64,000 nucleotides of DNA from Octopus bimaculoides (Eukaryota). Of this stretch, positions 1-11,532 are shown piece after piece. Every line of letters starts with the position of its first letter. Position 1 is the first letter of the stretch. Location of the stretch: NCBI RefSeq assembly GCF_001194135.2, contig NC_068994.1, positions 3,720,332-3,784,331 of the forward strand. Direction: 5' to 3'. Both the position numbers and the translations under genes were made by a program. Below the pieces are notes generated by a model. It was not told the DNA's origin and ran no database searches. It saw only the letters and a program-made list of their open reading frames with translations.

Positions 1-655
1 TGCACCTCTTATGTGTTCATAGCTTACACCAGACACATCTTATGGAGTTTCTACCTACACCTTTTCTACAGATCAAGCAGGGCCATCCTACTTACTAGGA
101 CTTTGGTTTTTGATAGGTTAACTCTAAAGTCCTTTAAGTCTAGACCTTGCTTCCATACTTGAAACTTTATCTCTAGTTCTGGTAATGATTCAGCTATAAG
201 AACAAGGTCATCGGCATAGAGGAGCTCTCAGGGACAGCCTGTCTTGAATTCCTGTTATTGCCTGGAGGACTATAATGAACAAGAGGGGTCTGAGGACTGA
301 TCCCTGGTGAACCTCTACTTGTACCCTGAATTCTTCACTCTGCTCATTGCCAACCCTCACCTTACTGATAGTATCCCTGTACATCGCTTGTACAGCTCTC
401 ACTAACCACTCATCTATCCCTAGTTTCTGCATTGTCCACCAGATAAGGGATCAGGGGACCCCGTCAAAGGCTTTCTTCAAGTCAACAAAAACAAGTACAG
501 AGGTTTATCTTTGGTTATGTATTTCTCCTGCAGAAATATAGCATCAGTGGTGCTTGTTCCAGGCACAAAACCAAACTGCATCTCATTTAGACTAACTCTC
601 TCCCTAATTAGTTGGGCTATGACCCTCTCTGTAACTTGCATCACCTGATGATAAT
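1..655 (-). mobile_element. Degraded RTE-type non-LTR retrotransposon, reverse transcriptase fragment
   Basis: Minus-strand translation across frameshifts and stops gives NEMQFGFVPGTSTTDAIF, FVDLKKAFD, LGIDEWLVRAVQAMY, VHQGSVLRPLLFIIV, ELLYADDLVLIAES and VNLSKTKV, which are canonical LINE RT motifs, followed by a Cys-rich segment. Confidence 0.9.
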
Positions 656-779
656 ATATATCTATTATTGAACATACATATGCAATGTATGTGCTTTGCT
701 TGTCTGCCAGTCAGCTGTAATTTCACATGGTGGAGATGACTTGCTTAAAGCACTGGATGTCATCGTCATAGTAGTGTCA

Positions 780-1138
780 ACCAAAGCCTTGTGAATAGAT
801 TTGGCAGATGGAAACTGAAAGCAGCTCATCATGTGTGTGGTGTGTGCACGTGTGTGTGTGCACGTGTGTGTGTGCACATGTGCATGGGCACGTGTGTGTG
901 TGCACGTGTATATGTCTTTGTGTCTGTATTTGTTTCCCACACCACTTTTGACAACAGGTGTTGGTGTGTTTGTGTCCCCATAGCTTAGCAGTTCAGCAAA
1001 AAGAACCAATAAAATAAGTACCAGGTTTAAGAAAAATATATACTGGAGTCAATTCATTTAACTAAAAATTATTCAGAGGCATTACTCCAGTATGGCCACA
1101 GTCTAATGACCGAAACAAGTGAACGATAAAAGATAAAA
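780..1138 (+). mobile_element. SINE family A, 3' part with internal (GT)n
   Basis: Matches copies at 3448, 21860, 24655 and 38830 (shared blocks ggaaactgaaag, ccagtatggccacagtc, gaaacaag..aaagataaa). Confidence 0.8.
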
Positions 1139-1151
1139 CACACACACATTA

Positions 1152-1278
1152 GGTCCAGGCATGGGTATGTAGTTTGCCTCCCAGCCATGTGGTTTGGGGT
1201 TCAGTCGCACTGCATGGCACCTTGGCCAAGGGTTCTTTATGATAAGCTAAGGTTAACCAAGGCTTTATGAATAGATTT
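1152..1278 (+). mobile_element. SINE family A, 5' part, truncated by an N gap
   Basis: cccagccatgtggtttggggttcagtcgcactgcatggcaccttggccaag resembles the family head seen at 23857 and, reversed, at 24880-24960. Confidence 0.7.
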
Positions 1279-1537
1279 NNNNNNNNNNNNNNNNNNNNNN
1301 NNNNNNNNNNNNNNNNNNNNNNNNNNNNNNNNNNNNNNNNNNNNNNNNNNNNNNNNNNNNNNNNNNNNNNNNNNNNNNNNNNNNNNNNNNNNNNNNNNNN
1401 NNNNNNNNNNNNNNNNNNNNNNNNNNNNNNNNNNNNNNNNNNNNNNNNNNNNNNNNNNNNNNNNNNNNNNNNNNNNNNNNNNNNNNNNNNNNNNNNNNNN
1501 NNNNNNNNNNNNNNNNNNNNNNNNNNNNNNNNNNNNN

Positions 1538-1640
1538 NGCAACAGGAAAGGTGTCTGTCCGTAGAAAATCCACCTGGAAGAAACTCTGCCTGCTCCATGC
1601 AAACATGGAAAAGTGGACATTAAAATGATGATGATTATGA
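1538..1640 (+). mobile_element. Repeat family C 3' end (probable 5'-truncated LINE tail) with (GAT)n tail
   Basis: gtagaaa...catgcaaacatggaaaagtggacattaaaatgatgatg matches the 3' end of copies at 4515, 20255, 20515 and 39581. Confidence 0.7.
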
Positions 1641-1920
1641 TGTCAGAGGTGGTGGTGGTATGATGGTAGTGTGACAGTAGTAGTAGTAGTTCATTTTAGT
1701 GGTGGCGGTGGTGGTTGTGGTGGCAGTGTTGGTTGTGGTGGCAGTGGTGATTGGTCTCGATGAAGGTAGTGGTGATGGTGGTGTAATGTGGGTGGTGTTT
1801 TGTAGCTGGTAGAGATGGTAGTGAACCTGATGGTAATGATGATGATGATGATGATGATGGTAGGAGTTTTATTACTGATGTCGGTGATGATGCTGATGTA
1901 GTGGCTGTGATGCTGGCAAT
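1641..1920. repeat. Trinucleotide-rich low-complexity tract ((GGT)n, (GAT)n, (GTA)n)
   Basis: Directly visible. Confidence 0.75.
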
Positions 1921-2973
1921 CACACATTTATAGAGAGAGATCAACAAATACACAAAAGGAAGAACTCACCGTCATATCCTTGACCAGTGGCCACTGTATG
2001 AACAAAGAGTGAAAGCCATGTAAAGAAGGTAACCACTGGTCTGTAGGGTCTCCTCCCTGCAGCTGTTTCCGGTGTGGATAACCAGCGCTGATCAATAACC
2101 ATCTTCCTTCAACAAACTCCGGTGAACAAATAGAAAGTCTGTTTGCAATGTTTAAGCTCTCAGGTTTCACACGCACACACACACAAACACAGATGCATGC
2201 ATAAAGAAAGAGAAGATAGGAGAAGGGAGAGGAGTGTGAGCGGTATACGCATGTACAAATATTTTGACACATAGACATCTACACACATTATACACACATA
2301 CATACATACATACATACATATATACACACACACACACATATATATACATACACACATATATATATATATACATACATATATACATACACACACAAATATA
2401 TATATATATATANNNNNNNNNNNNNNNNNNNNNNNNNNNNNNNNNNNNNNNNNNNNNNNNNNNNNNNNNNNNNNNNNNNNNNNNNNNNNNNNNNNNNNNN
2501 NNNNNNNNNNNNNNNNNNNNNNNNNNNNNNNNNNNNNNNNNNNNNNNNNNNNNNNNNNNNNNNNNNNNNNNNNNNNNNNNNNNNNNNNNNNNNNNNNNNN
2601 NNNNNNNNNNNNNNNNNNNNNNNNNNNNNNNNNNNNNNNNNNNNNNNNNNNNNNNNNNNNNNNNNNNNNNNNNNNNNNNNNNNNNNNNNNNNNNNNNNNN
2701 NNNNNNNNNNNNNNNNNNNNNNNNNNNNNNNNNNNNNNNNNNNNNNNNNNNNNNNNNNNNNNNNNNNNNNNNNNNNNNNNNNNNNNNNNNNNNNNNNNNN
2801 NNNNNNNNNNNNNNNNNNNNNNNNNNNNNNNNNNNNNNNNNNNNNNNNNNNNNNNNNNNNNNNNNNNNNNNNNNNNNNNNNNNNNNNNNNNNNNNNNNNN
2901 NNNNNNNNNNNNNNNNNNNNNNNNNNNNNNNNNNNNNNNNNNNNNNNNNNNNNNNNNNNNNNNNNNNNATATA

Positions 2974-3005
<32 letters not shown>

Positions 3006-3447
3006 CATATATATATATACATAGTGAGGAGGAGAGAGAGAGCAGGGGTCACATACACAGATACAGGCATTTGTAAATAGAATTACTGTTAATTACTTAA
3101 TAAACATTGTAGACACCTGTTACGTGGATTACATTACATCATTGTTTAGGTGACAAGCAATCCTCTGTGTGTGCGTGTGTGTGTGTGAGAGAGTTTAAGT
3201 CTCCACCCACAAACATCACTTACTTAAGCACAGTCATCATAAAAGTGTTGGGTATATGTGTGTGTGTATCTGAATGTGCATGCATGCGTGTGTGTGTTTG
3301 TGTACATATGTGTATGTGTATCAGTAAATCTCTATGAATCTAGATGTGTGTATATTTTGCATATGTGTATATCTCTCTCTCTCCACTCCTTCTCTCTCTA
3401 AATATATATGTGTGTGTATGTATGTATGTATATATATATATATATAT

Positions 3448-3660
3448 ATTCTTTTATTCTTTTACTTGTTTCAGTCATTTGACTCTGGCCATGCTGGAGC
3501 ACCGCCTTTAGTTGAGCGAATCGACCCCAGGACTTATTCTTTGTAAGCCTAATACTTATTCTATCGGTCTCTTTTGCAGAACTGCTAAGTTACACGGACA
3601 TAAACACACCAACATCAGTTGTCAAGCAATGGCGGGAGGGGGGCAAATACAGACACACAA
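3448..3660 (-). mobile_element. SINE family A, 3' part
   Basis: cttgtttcagtcatttgac..gccatgctggagcaccgcc..ccccaggacttattctttgtaagcct is nearly identical to 21860-22035 and 38830-39030. Confidence 0.85.
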
Positions 3661-3690
3661 ACATACAAACACACTCACATACATATACAG

Positions 3691-3738
<48 letters not shown>

Positions 3739-4514
3739 GATGAAATGGGTAAATTGTTGTCATTTAAAATGTTTAATGACGAAAAAAAGATGGCTGGGTA
3801 GACAGGTTTGTGAGAGTGTGAAGTGGGGAGTGACAGATGGATAGAGATAGGAATGTAGGGAACAGTGGGTAAGGGTGGAGATGTGGGCGATGGGTGGGGT
3901 GTAAAGTACAATAGGTGTTGGTCGGGGGGGGGGGAGGAGGTGATGGATGGTAATACATAAAAAGAGAAGAGGTGGAGAACAACAGTATAATAGAATTGTT
4001 GAGAGAGATGAGAAAGAGGGAGACGATGTGAAGTACAGAGCAGAGAGAAGATGAACAGTAACAGAGATGGAGGATGGTGGTGGTCGTGACAACCATCAGT
4101 TATTATACAGGGTGACACCACCACCACCAGCACCATTGCCGCTGCCACCAACTCCACTTCTACCCCTAGCATCAGTTATTGACAACTGTTACCAAGTCAC
4201 TCGTCAATGCCAATCTATAAAGCTGTATAAGACAGCTGCCATCATTCAATGTCTGCTTTTTGCTGTGACTGGTGTTGTGTCAATGACCATTTGGAAATAG
4301 AAAAAGAAATATGCAGAAACAAAGACAAAAAAACTGGGAGCTGACACAAATATGTCTGATTTAATATGTCTTATGAAAGAGTGGGACAATAATCATTAAG
4401 TAATTAGACAATTAGTAAATGAAGAGTAGTTTTATGATAAACTTTGTCAATCATTTTTTGCTTTTGAAAATAAAATATACTCTGTAACATCATAGTCATG
4501 GCTGATACTGGTGT

Positions 4515-4715
4515 CACAGAACTGGCACCTGTGCCAGTGGCATGTAAAAAGCACCCATTACACTCTTGGAGTGGTTGGCATTAGGAAAGGCATCCAACTG
4601 TAGAAACCAAGCCAAATCAGACTGGAACTTGCTGCAGCTCTCCGACTTACCGGTTCCAGTCAAACCGTGTCACCCATGCCAGCATGGAAGGCAGAGGCTA
4701 AAGGATGGTAATGAT
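4515..4715 (+). mobile_element. Repeat family C (probable LINE 3' UTR)
   Basis: gtggcatgtaaaaagcaccc..gagtggttggcattaggaaaggcatccaactgtagaaa..cccatgccagcatggaa. Confidence 0.8.
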
Positions 4716-5246
4716 TTCAGATCTCTTATACCATTGTTAGTCAGAAACATGTGAACCCATGGCAGCTTTGTTGAAAATCTGCCACCAACAACACCATTGT
4801 TCTCTTAACTTCAATCTAAAAATATAAAGTCTTTAAAATCACACTTGACAAATAAACGTCCTTTGTGAATATTTACAAAGTAATGTCACACAGTTTTATA
4901 AATATTTCTCCATAGTATCTTCCTTTGTCATCAAAGTTATAGGCAAAAATTCTTCTCACAAAACAAATATTTACACAGGAGCTGTTAGAAGGGTGGTCAA
5001 TGCCTACAGAAATTATTTTTCAAGGAGGAATCACGTATTTACAGCCAAAATATTAATTACAAGCATAGACGCATAGCACAAATTTGATATTACGTGTGTG
5101 TGTGTGTGTGTGTGTGTGTATAGGCACAGGTGTGACTGTGGTAAGAAGCTTGCTTCCCAACCACAGAGTTCTGTATAACACATCTTTAAACCCACAAATA
5201 TATACACATCCCCATCTGGGGCAGAGCTGTAGCTATTATGTATACA

Positions 5247-5690
5247 TACAAGGTGTTCGGGTTAAATTTAACGATCTTTTTGTATGTCCTTTTTTCAAGA
5301 ACAGCTTGATGTATTGACGAACAAACTGTCAATGGCGTTGAAGAGCATAAAGATTAAAGTTGCAGCTGAGAAAAAGTTGGCTGACATGGAAGGTTGGAAG
5401 CCGTCTGAATATTGGGGAAGAGTTACTGGTCTCATGATGATTGGCACCAGGTATCGAAATGCTGACATCATGACTGCTGCCCAATACTCTGTGGAGGCTG
5501 TAAGACATGACATGGACATTATGGAAACTAGACGGTGAGGGTCTTTAGGTGTATGTCCAGTGAGAGTGCTGTCGTGCAACCCCATATCTTGGAACTGGGC
5601 TTTAGGCTCACTTCAAATGAAACTGCTGGAGATTGTGGTGAAACCCTGGCTGGAGAGGGAGGGCTGCTGCTGCTGTGTGGCAGCAAGATT
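5247..5690 (+). mobile_element. Internally deleted, degraded mariner-like (probably maT/DD37D-type) DNA transposon
   Basis: TA followed by a CAAGGTGTTCGGG TIR-like start; N-terminal peptide MEGWKPSEY..NADIMTAAQ joined directly to catalytic-domain peptides VFRCMSSESAVVQPHILELG, LLEIVVKPWLER and VWQQD (frameshifted). Confidence 0.75.
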
Positions 5691-5867
5691 TGTTTAGTTA
5701 CACTGTTTGGAATTAATCATGGATTATCTTGTGGCTTCAAGATTCCAATGGTTTCCATATTTTTAGAATGACAGTGTAGTGGGAGTGTGAAAGGTTCAAC
5801 TTGGTCAGTTTTACCATAAAACGGAGAATATTCAGGTCAGGTGTGGCCCAAATGCTAAAGGGTTAAA
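5691..5867 (-). mobile_element. TTAA-ended MITE family F, partial
   Basis: Ends aatgctaaagggttaa; reverse complement matches 27339-27558 and 10338-10540. Confidence 0.65.
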
Positions 5868-6124
5868 CCATGCAAAGAGTGGAATTACAAAAATAAATAA
5901 AATATAAAGGAACGAAAAAAAAAAGCAAGAAATTATTTTTTTTATTTATTTATTTTCTTGTTATTTTTTTTTAATTTTTGACAAGGCAATTGGTTTGGGT
6001 GGGTGTTTTGAGTCTGTTGCCCAGAAATATTGCCGGCACAACAATGATAATAATAATAATGAGAATAATAATAATAATAATAAGTATATATATGGGATGG
6101 AAAGAAAATATTTAATATACTTCA

Positions 6125-6160
<36 letters not shown>

Positions 6161-7332
6161 TAAAAAAGAGAAATAAAAGAAAGTAAAAAAAAGCTGTCCA
6201 TTGTGAAAGAAATAAAGCGTTAGGAAGTGAAATAAGATTTATACAAACGATTATTATATTCTGATGAGAAGATTAAAAGTTGATCAAAATATATGTACAA
6301 TATTTCATTTATATATATATTAATTAATTGGCCATCATGTTGTTTAGTATGTCAAATAATGATTCACTCTAAACTGAATTTCATACTCCGTGTTTTTTTA
6401 TTTTTTATTCCCCTATCCCCAACTTTTACCATCAAAACTATCAGACTTCCTCGCACAGCTCTTCTCCACCCCCCCACCCCCACTTGACCTGACCTGTCTT
6501 TCATTCGTTTTGTCTCCCTCCAAGCCTCCGCCCTTGCTCGCTGTCCCACGCAACCTCCATGTCGTCTCACATCTCTCAGACATTGTTATCAAGTTGCAAG
6601 AGCCTGAAGAAAAAGGAGTGAGGGGGGGGGGCAGAGAGCGCCATGGAAAGTTATAAAAAAATTAAATTAAAAAAAACAGATAAGCAAACAGAATTTCTCT
6701 CCCTTGATTTCCACTTAATCCTTGATATTCTTGGAAGAAATATAGTTTGTTTTACATATACACACTCACACACACACAGAATACCTGCATATGTTTTATA
6801 CATATAGATTTGGTAAAATAATCCTGATTGAAGTGAGTTTCTATCAGAAGCCTGTAAAACTTTAAGTCACTTGGAACTGAATCAAGCTGTTTTAAATAAT
6901 GATGCATGTGTATGTATATATATATATGCTGAAATATTAATTCATTTCACCATTTATCAAGCTGGTAAAAACAAGATGGTTTGGTAAGTGTGTTCGATGC
7001 AACTGACATTTGAATAAGCAAGAACATTTAAAAAAAGACAAGAAAAACAGGGGAGATAATTAACTTCACAGTAAATATAACCAGTGTCTTATGAATATCA
7101 AAATTACATAAACCAATACTGGAACGGCCTATGATGTGTCTGGTGGTTTATCTTTAGTTTCTACCAAGATGTATCTTTTAAACAGCATACTATAAAGAAA
7201 AAGATCTCGCTCTGGGTATTTACACAGTCACTGGAGCTTAGGTTTCTGGTAAATGGCAAAATTAATATTTCAGTCAGGAAACCCCAGGTAGTTGTATTTC
7301 ACAAGGCTTGTGATTTTTATAATAATAATAAT

Positions 7333-7523
7333 CCTTTCTACTAAAGGTACAAGGCCTGAAATTTTGGGGGAGGGGTCTAGTTGATTACATTGACTCCAGT
7401 ACGCAACTGGTACTTAAGCCTGAAAGGATGAAAGGCAAAGTTGACCATGGTGAAATTTGAACTCGGAACGAGATGGATGAAATACTGACAAGCATGCTAA
7501 TGATTCTGCCAGCTCGTTGCCTT

Positions 7524-7568
<45 letters not shown>

Positions 7569-7778
7569 TTTTGTTTTCCTACTCTAGGCACAAGGCCTGA
7601 GATTTTTGGGGAGGGGTCCAGTTGATTAGATTAACCCCAGTACGCAACTGGTACTTAATTTATCAACCCTGAAAGGATGAAAGGCAAAGTCGACCTTGGC
7701 GCAATTTGAACTCAGGATGTGAAGAAAATGAAATACCACAAAGCATCTCACCACCCGGCATGCTGACAATTCTGCCTT
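7333..7778 (-). mobile_element. Two tandem copies of tRNA-derived SINE family B separated by (TAA)n
   Basis: Both carry the reverse complements of gagttcaaat (B-box-like) and of the gtcgactttgcctttcatcctttc core; A-box-like ctggcagaatc at the head. Confidence 0.85.
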
Positions 7779-8811
7779 AATAATAATAATAACAACATAT
7801 ATTTATATTCCATTAGAGGCTGTTGGAAACGGTAAGCTGTTATTTGTAAGCATTTCCAGCTGCTGTTGAAGGGGGCCAGTAAATCCATTGGTCCATCAGT
7901 GGGCCTGGCCAGTAAGGAAGACGTGTGTGCGGCCAGAAGGATTAGAATAAGAAAACCCATTAAAGGTAGAGGAACTGTATGAAAGCCACAACTTCCATAT
8001 TTTGGGAGGAGCTGGATGCCACTAGGATGAATAAGAATTACTGAATCCAATCAGAGGAAGTTATATCAATATGGAATTCTATAGGTCAGGGCTCAGGGAA
8101 TCCAACACTGAGTGTTGGAGGATGGAGATTGGTTAAAAAAAAATCTTCAGGTATCCTAGCAACGGAAACAGCTTGGGAATGATAATGTGTGTATATTAAT
8201 TCAGGTGTTTTTTAACACTCAGTGCTGTGTAGGGAGCTTTTCCAGATGCTATCTTGCAGTAAATTCAGCAAATACAAACACTGTATGTGTGATCGATAAT
8301 ATTTATATATATACACACACACACATACTATATATATATAGACATACATGCATATACACACACATATATAAACATTGAGATGGCATGTATGTATATATGA
8401 ATTCTATAGAAAATCTAGAGATAAACTTAAAGGACATGCGAGAGTCAAGGTGCATGACATGCAGCCAGTGTTTACAACTCCATCACAGAAGAAGAGAAAA
8501 ACAAAATAAAACTGAAGGACTCTGAAATTATTTGCTCACTTTTATGACATTTGGTAAATCATTTCAGAACCAATTCTCTGGTCTTGCCTCTCTCTTTCTC
8601 CACACACACACACATATATAAGACTTAAAACTCTGATTCTGCCTGGTTGGTCACGTTCTCTCTCTCTAGCCGGGAATGGCACTGAAAAAACAGCCACAAC
8701 TTGGGGGTTCCACCAGATGGCAAGTAGAAAAGATTAACTTATTAGCTGACCTGAAGACAGTCGACATTACATGAAATGGGCAAGAATAGCAACCGATTGA
8801 ACCCAGGGGAG

Positions 8812-9065
8812 CAGGGGTTCTCAACCATTTTTTTTTTATCTATGGACCCCTTTGATTCCTGTTCTATTCTGATGGATCCCTATAGCCATTCGATGTTTAA
8901 AAACTCATTTTATAGATACTTCTTTCAAAATTCACATATTCGCTTTGCACAGGTCGAACTATATAAAATGTTTGAGAAAGAAACCCGTTTCTTGCAATAA
9001 ATACATCTAAAGCAAAATTTTCTCATTGACCCTTAATATAATTCTGTGGGACCCCAATTTAGTAT
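8812..9065. mobile_element. Probable hAT-type non-autonomous element
   Basis: Starts CAGGGGTTCTCAACC, typical of hAT/Charlie TIRs; the right end (gtgggaccccaatttag) is only a degenerate match. Confidence 0.45.
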
Positions 9066-10337
9066 TTCACTTGCACCCCACCCACAAGGGAGGTTTGCTG
9101 TCCAATGCATTGAACAGCAGAGGAGGACCTAAGGCTAAAGCTAAGCTTGTTGTTTTGGGAACATCAATCCAATTTCTAATTTCGGTGTGTGTCACTTTCC
9201 ACTTTAATCAAATGACTATTTGACATGTCTAAAAGCAAAATCTCTGATCAATCTGGTCACTCAAAATCCCTCAGTCAAACCAACGGAAGAATGGTTGCTT
9301 TATAAATGTTGACGTTGTGGTAGGTGCTGATTCCTCCATTATTTTATTCCGTTCATACAAATATCCCAAAGCGTACAGTGTATCTGCATCATTGAAGGAT
9401 CAAAGAGAATAGATGCAATACAAGCTAGCAGCAGAAAGCATCTTTCAATTCAAACCACATCTATTTTAGTCTACTGGTCTCTTTTTGGCAACTCACCCAT
9501 CGAAGCTGTTCTTCCTAAAAGTTCTTCTAAACACATTACACACTGCTATGTAAAGAAATACATCAACGGGGAACCACATTATTTCATGTTGGGACTGTGG
9601 GGGAAAAGAGACTTTTGCTTTTGATATAAAGCTTCAAATGTGACTGCCATGAGATGCCATTAGCTGCAGCCTACACCTGTATAGGAGTATGCATACAGCT
9701 ACCACTCACTATACACACTTCCAAAAACTAAAATAAATCACTGCCCTGTCTACAACATATAAGCTTTATGCTTATGTCATTTGAAAACTGAGTTGCAGGT
9801 ATATGGCCATGCAGTTAAGATGTTCATAAATCGTCCCATGGTGAAATCCATTTCACTAAACTAACAAAATGATTTCCTGCTAACCTCTGACATTCTCTAT
9901 GAACAAAGTCCAAGCTAGATTAGACCACTGGCCCTCTATTCCATAGCAATAAAATTCAAGCATTGCTGACCCCTAAGAAAACAAACCCCTATATAGTACA
10001 ACAGATCGGCTTGGTATGCCCTTCCTGCCCCACAATCAATCTGTGTCCTCTCCCTGTAACTTCTACATGTATTAGTAAAATCTCTGATTTTCTCCACATG
10101 TTGACCCTACATGACCTTGTGGCTAAAGACCAGCTGACCATCAGATAAGGACCAAAGTGGTCAGTAATGCTACAACCCGCACTGCTGCTACCTTTCTGCT
10201 CGTATATCATCTGTGGACGCTGGACATTGGCCTCTTGCATCAAAACATGTCAGGAGAGGGGGACACCCTCAATGGGACTGACCCCAGTATTTCATTGGTA
10301 TCTATTCTACCAAACCACAAGGTCAACCTGGTGAGAT

Positions 10338-10540
10338 TTGACCCTTTAGCATTCAAATTATCCTGCTGAATGTAATGTTTGTTTATTCGTTATTTTGAAT
10401 TAATTATGCATTATCTTGTAGCTTTGAGATTTTGGTCATGTGATTAGAATTGGTGTGAGGGGCCAAATTTGGCAAATTTGAACATAATACAAGTAGAATA
10501 ATTGGGCTGGATATGGTCAGTTTGAAAGCTATAAGGTTAA
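10338..10540. mobile_element. TTAA-ended MITE family F
   Basis: ttgaccctttagcatt...aaagctataaggttaa; internal sequence is the reverse complement of 27339-27558. Confidence 0.7.
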
Positions 10541-11532
10541 ACTCAGAATGTAGAGGGAGCTAGGACAGGCATATTCTCCTCACCATACCACTTCTAAACT
10601 TCACATTCCACCCATTATATACACCACCACTGAGTTGATTCTACACTTTTGACCAATTATACACCCTACCACTGGTTCTACACCCCACAACCCCTCTCCC
10701 CACCACTCCGCTGTCTTCTAATAAAAGCAAAGAAGATAAAAAATAAATTATGTGTAAAAAAATTTGGAGAATTGGTACGAATATATCAAAAAAATTGCCA
10801 TGATAGGTGTCTGATGCACTCAGAGATGATGATGTTCATGTTGTTGATGTTGTTTTGGCCAGTCAAATTAAGTTGTTGCATAGTTTCCTTAAAAGAAATG
10901 GGTTTTTTTTTTGCTTTGTTTTGTTGGGTTATTTTTATATAAGCCAAGAAAAGAAGAAATTTTGCAGTTTCCAGTGTTTCATTGATAGATGATGTAAGAG
11001 GGATCAGGGAATCCAGGGTATACACAGCTGTTCTGAGATTTCCATGTAAACAGTGAGAATTTCTAGACCCATCCAACCCATGCTGTAAAGTGTTTGGTAA
11101 GGAATATATAAAAAAAAAAAAGCTTACAGCTGTGTTTTTTTTGTTGTTTGTTTTAGTGTTAAAAGTTGCAGTGGGAAGATTTCAAAAACCACATGGATAC
11201 ATGTGAACAGGTGGCTTTGTATGTGGCAGTGTACATGTGGATATACATGTGTATATAGGGTTGGCACATACACAGATATTTGTATATATATATATCTGTA
11301 CATATATATTCATATATGTGTGTGATGTATATACAAAATATCTGAGATGTTTATGCAAAAGCTCATGGGTGTATATAAATATGTGTGTGTATATGTGAAT
11401 GTCTACATATAGACAGACTCTCATACTACTACACAACCACAAAGGCCACATACATTGTTTTCCCAGGTGGAATATCCAAGGCCAGAGCTATGGTCCCACT
11501 CTCTCTCTTTCTCTCTTGTCTGCCACTTCAGT

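Noticed and set aside
2160-3076. Long ORFs rich in YI/HT/CV repeats or X, here and at 35.4, 36.4, 40.4-41.1, 43.4-44.8, 46.3-47.1, 51.3-54.7 and 57.5-58.2 kb
   Set aside because: Translations of microsatellites and N gaps, not genes.
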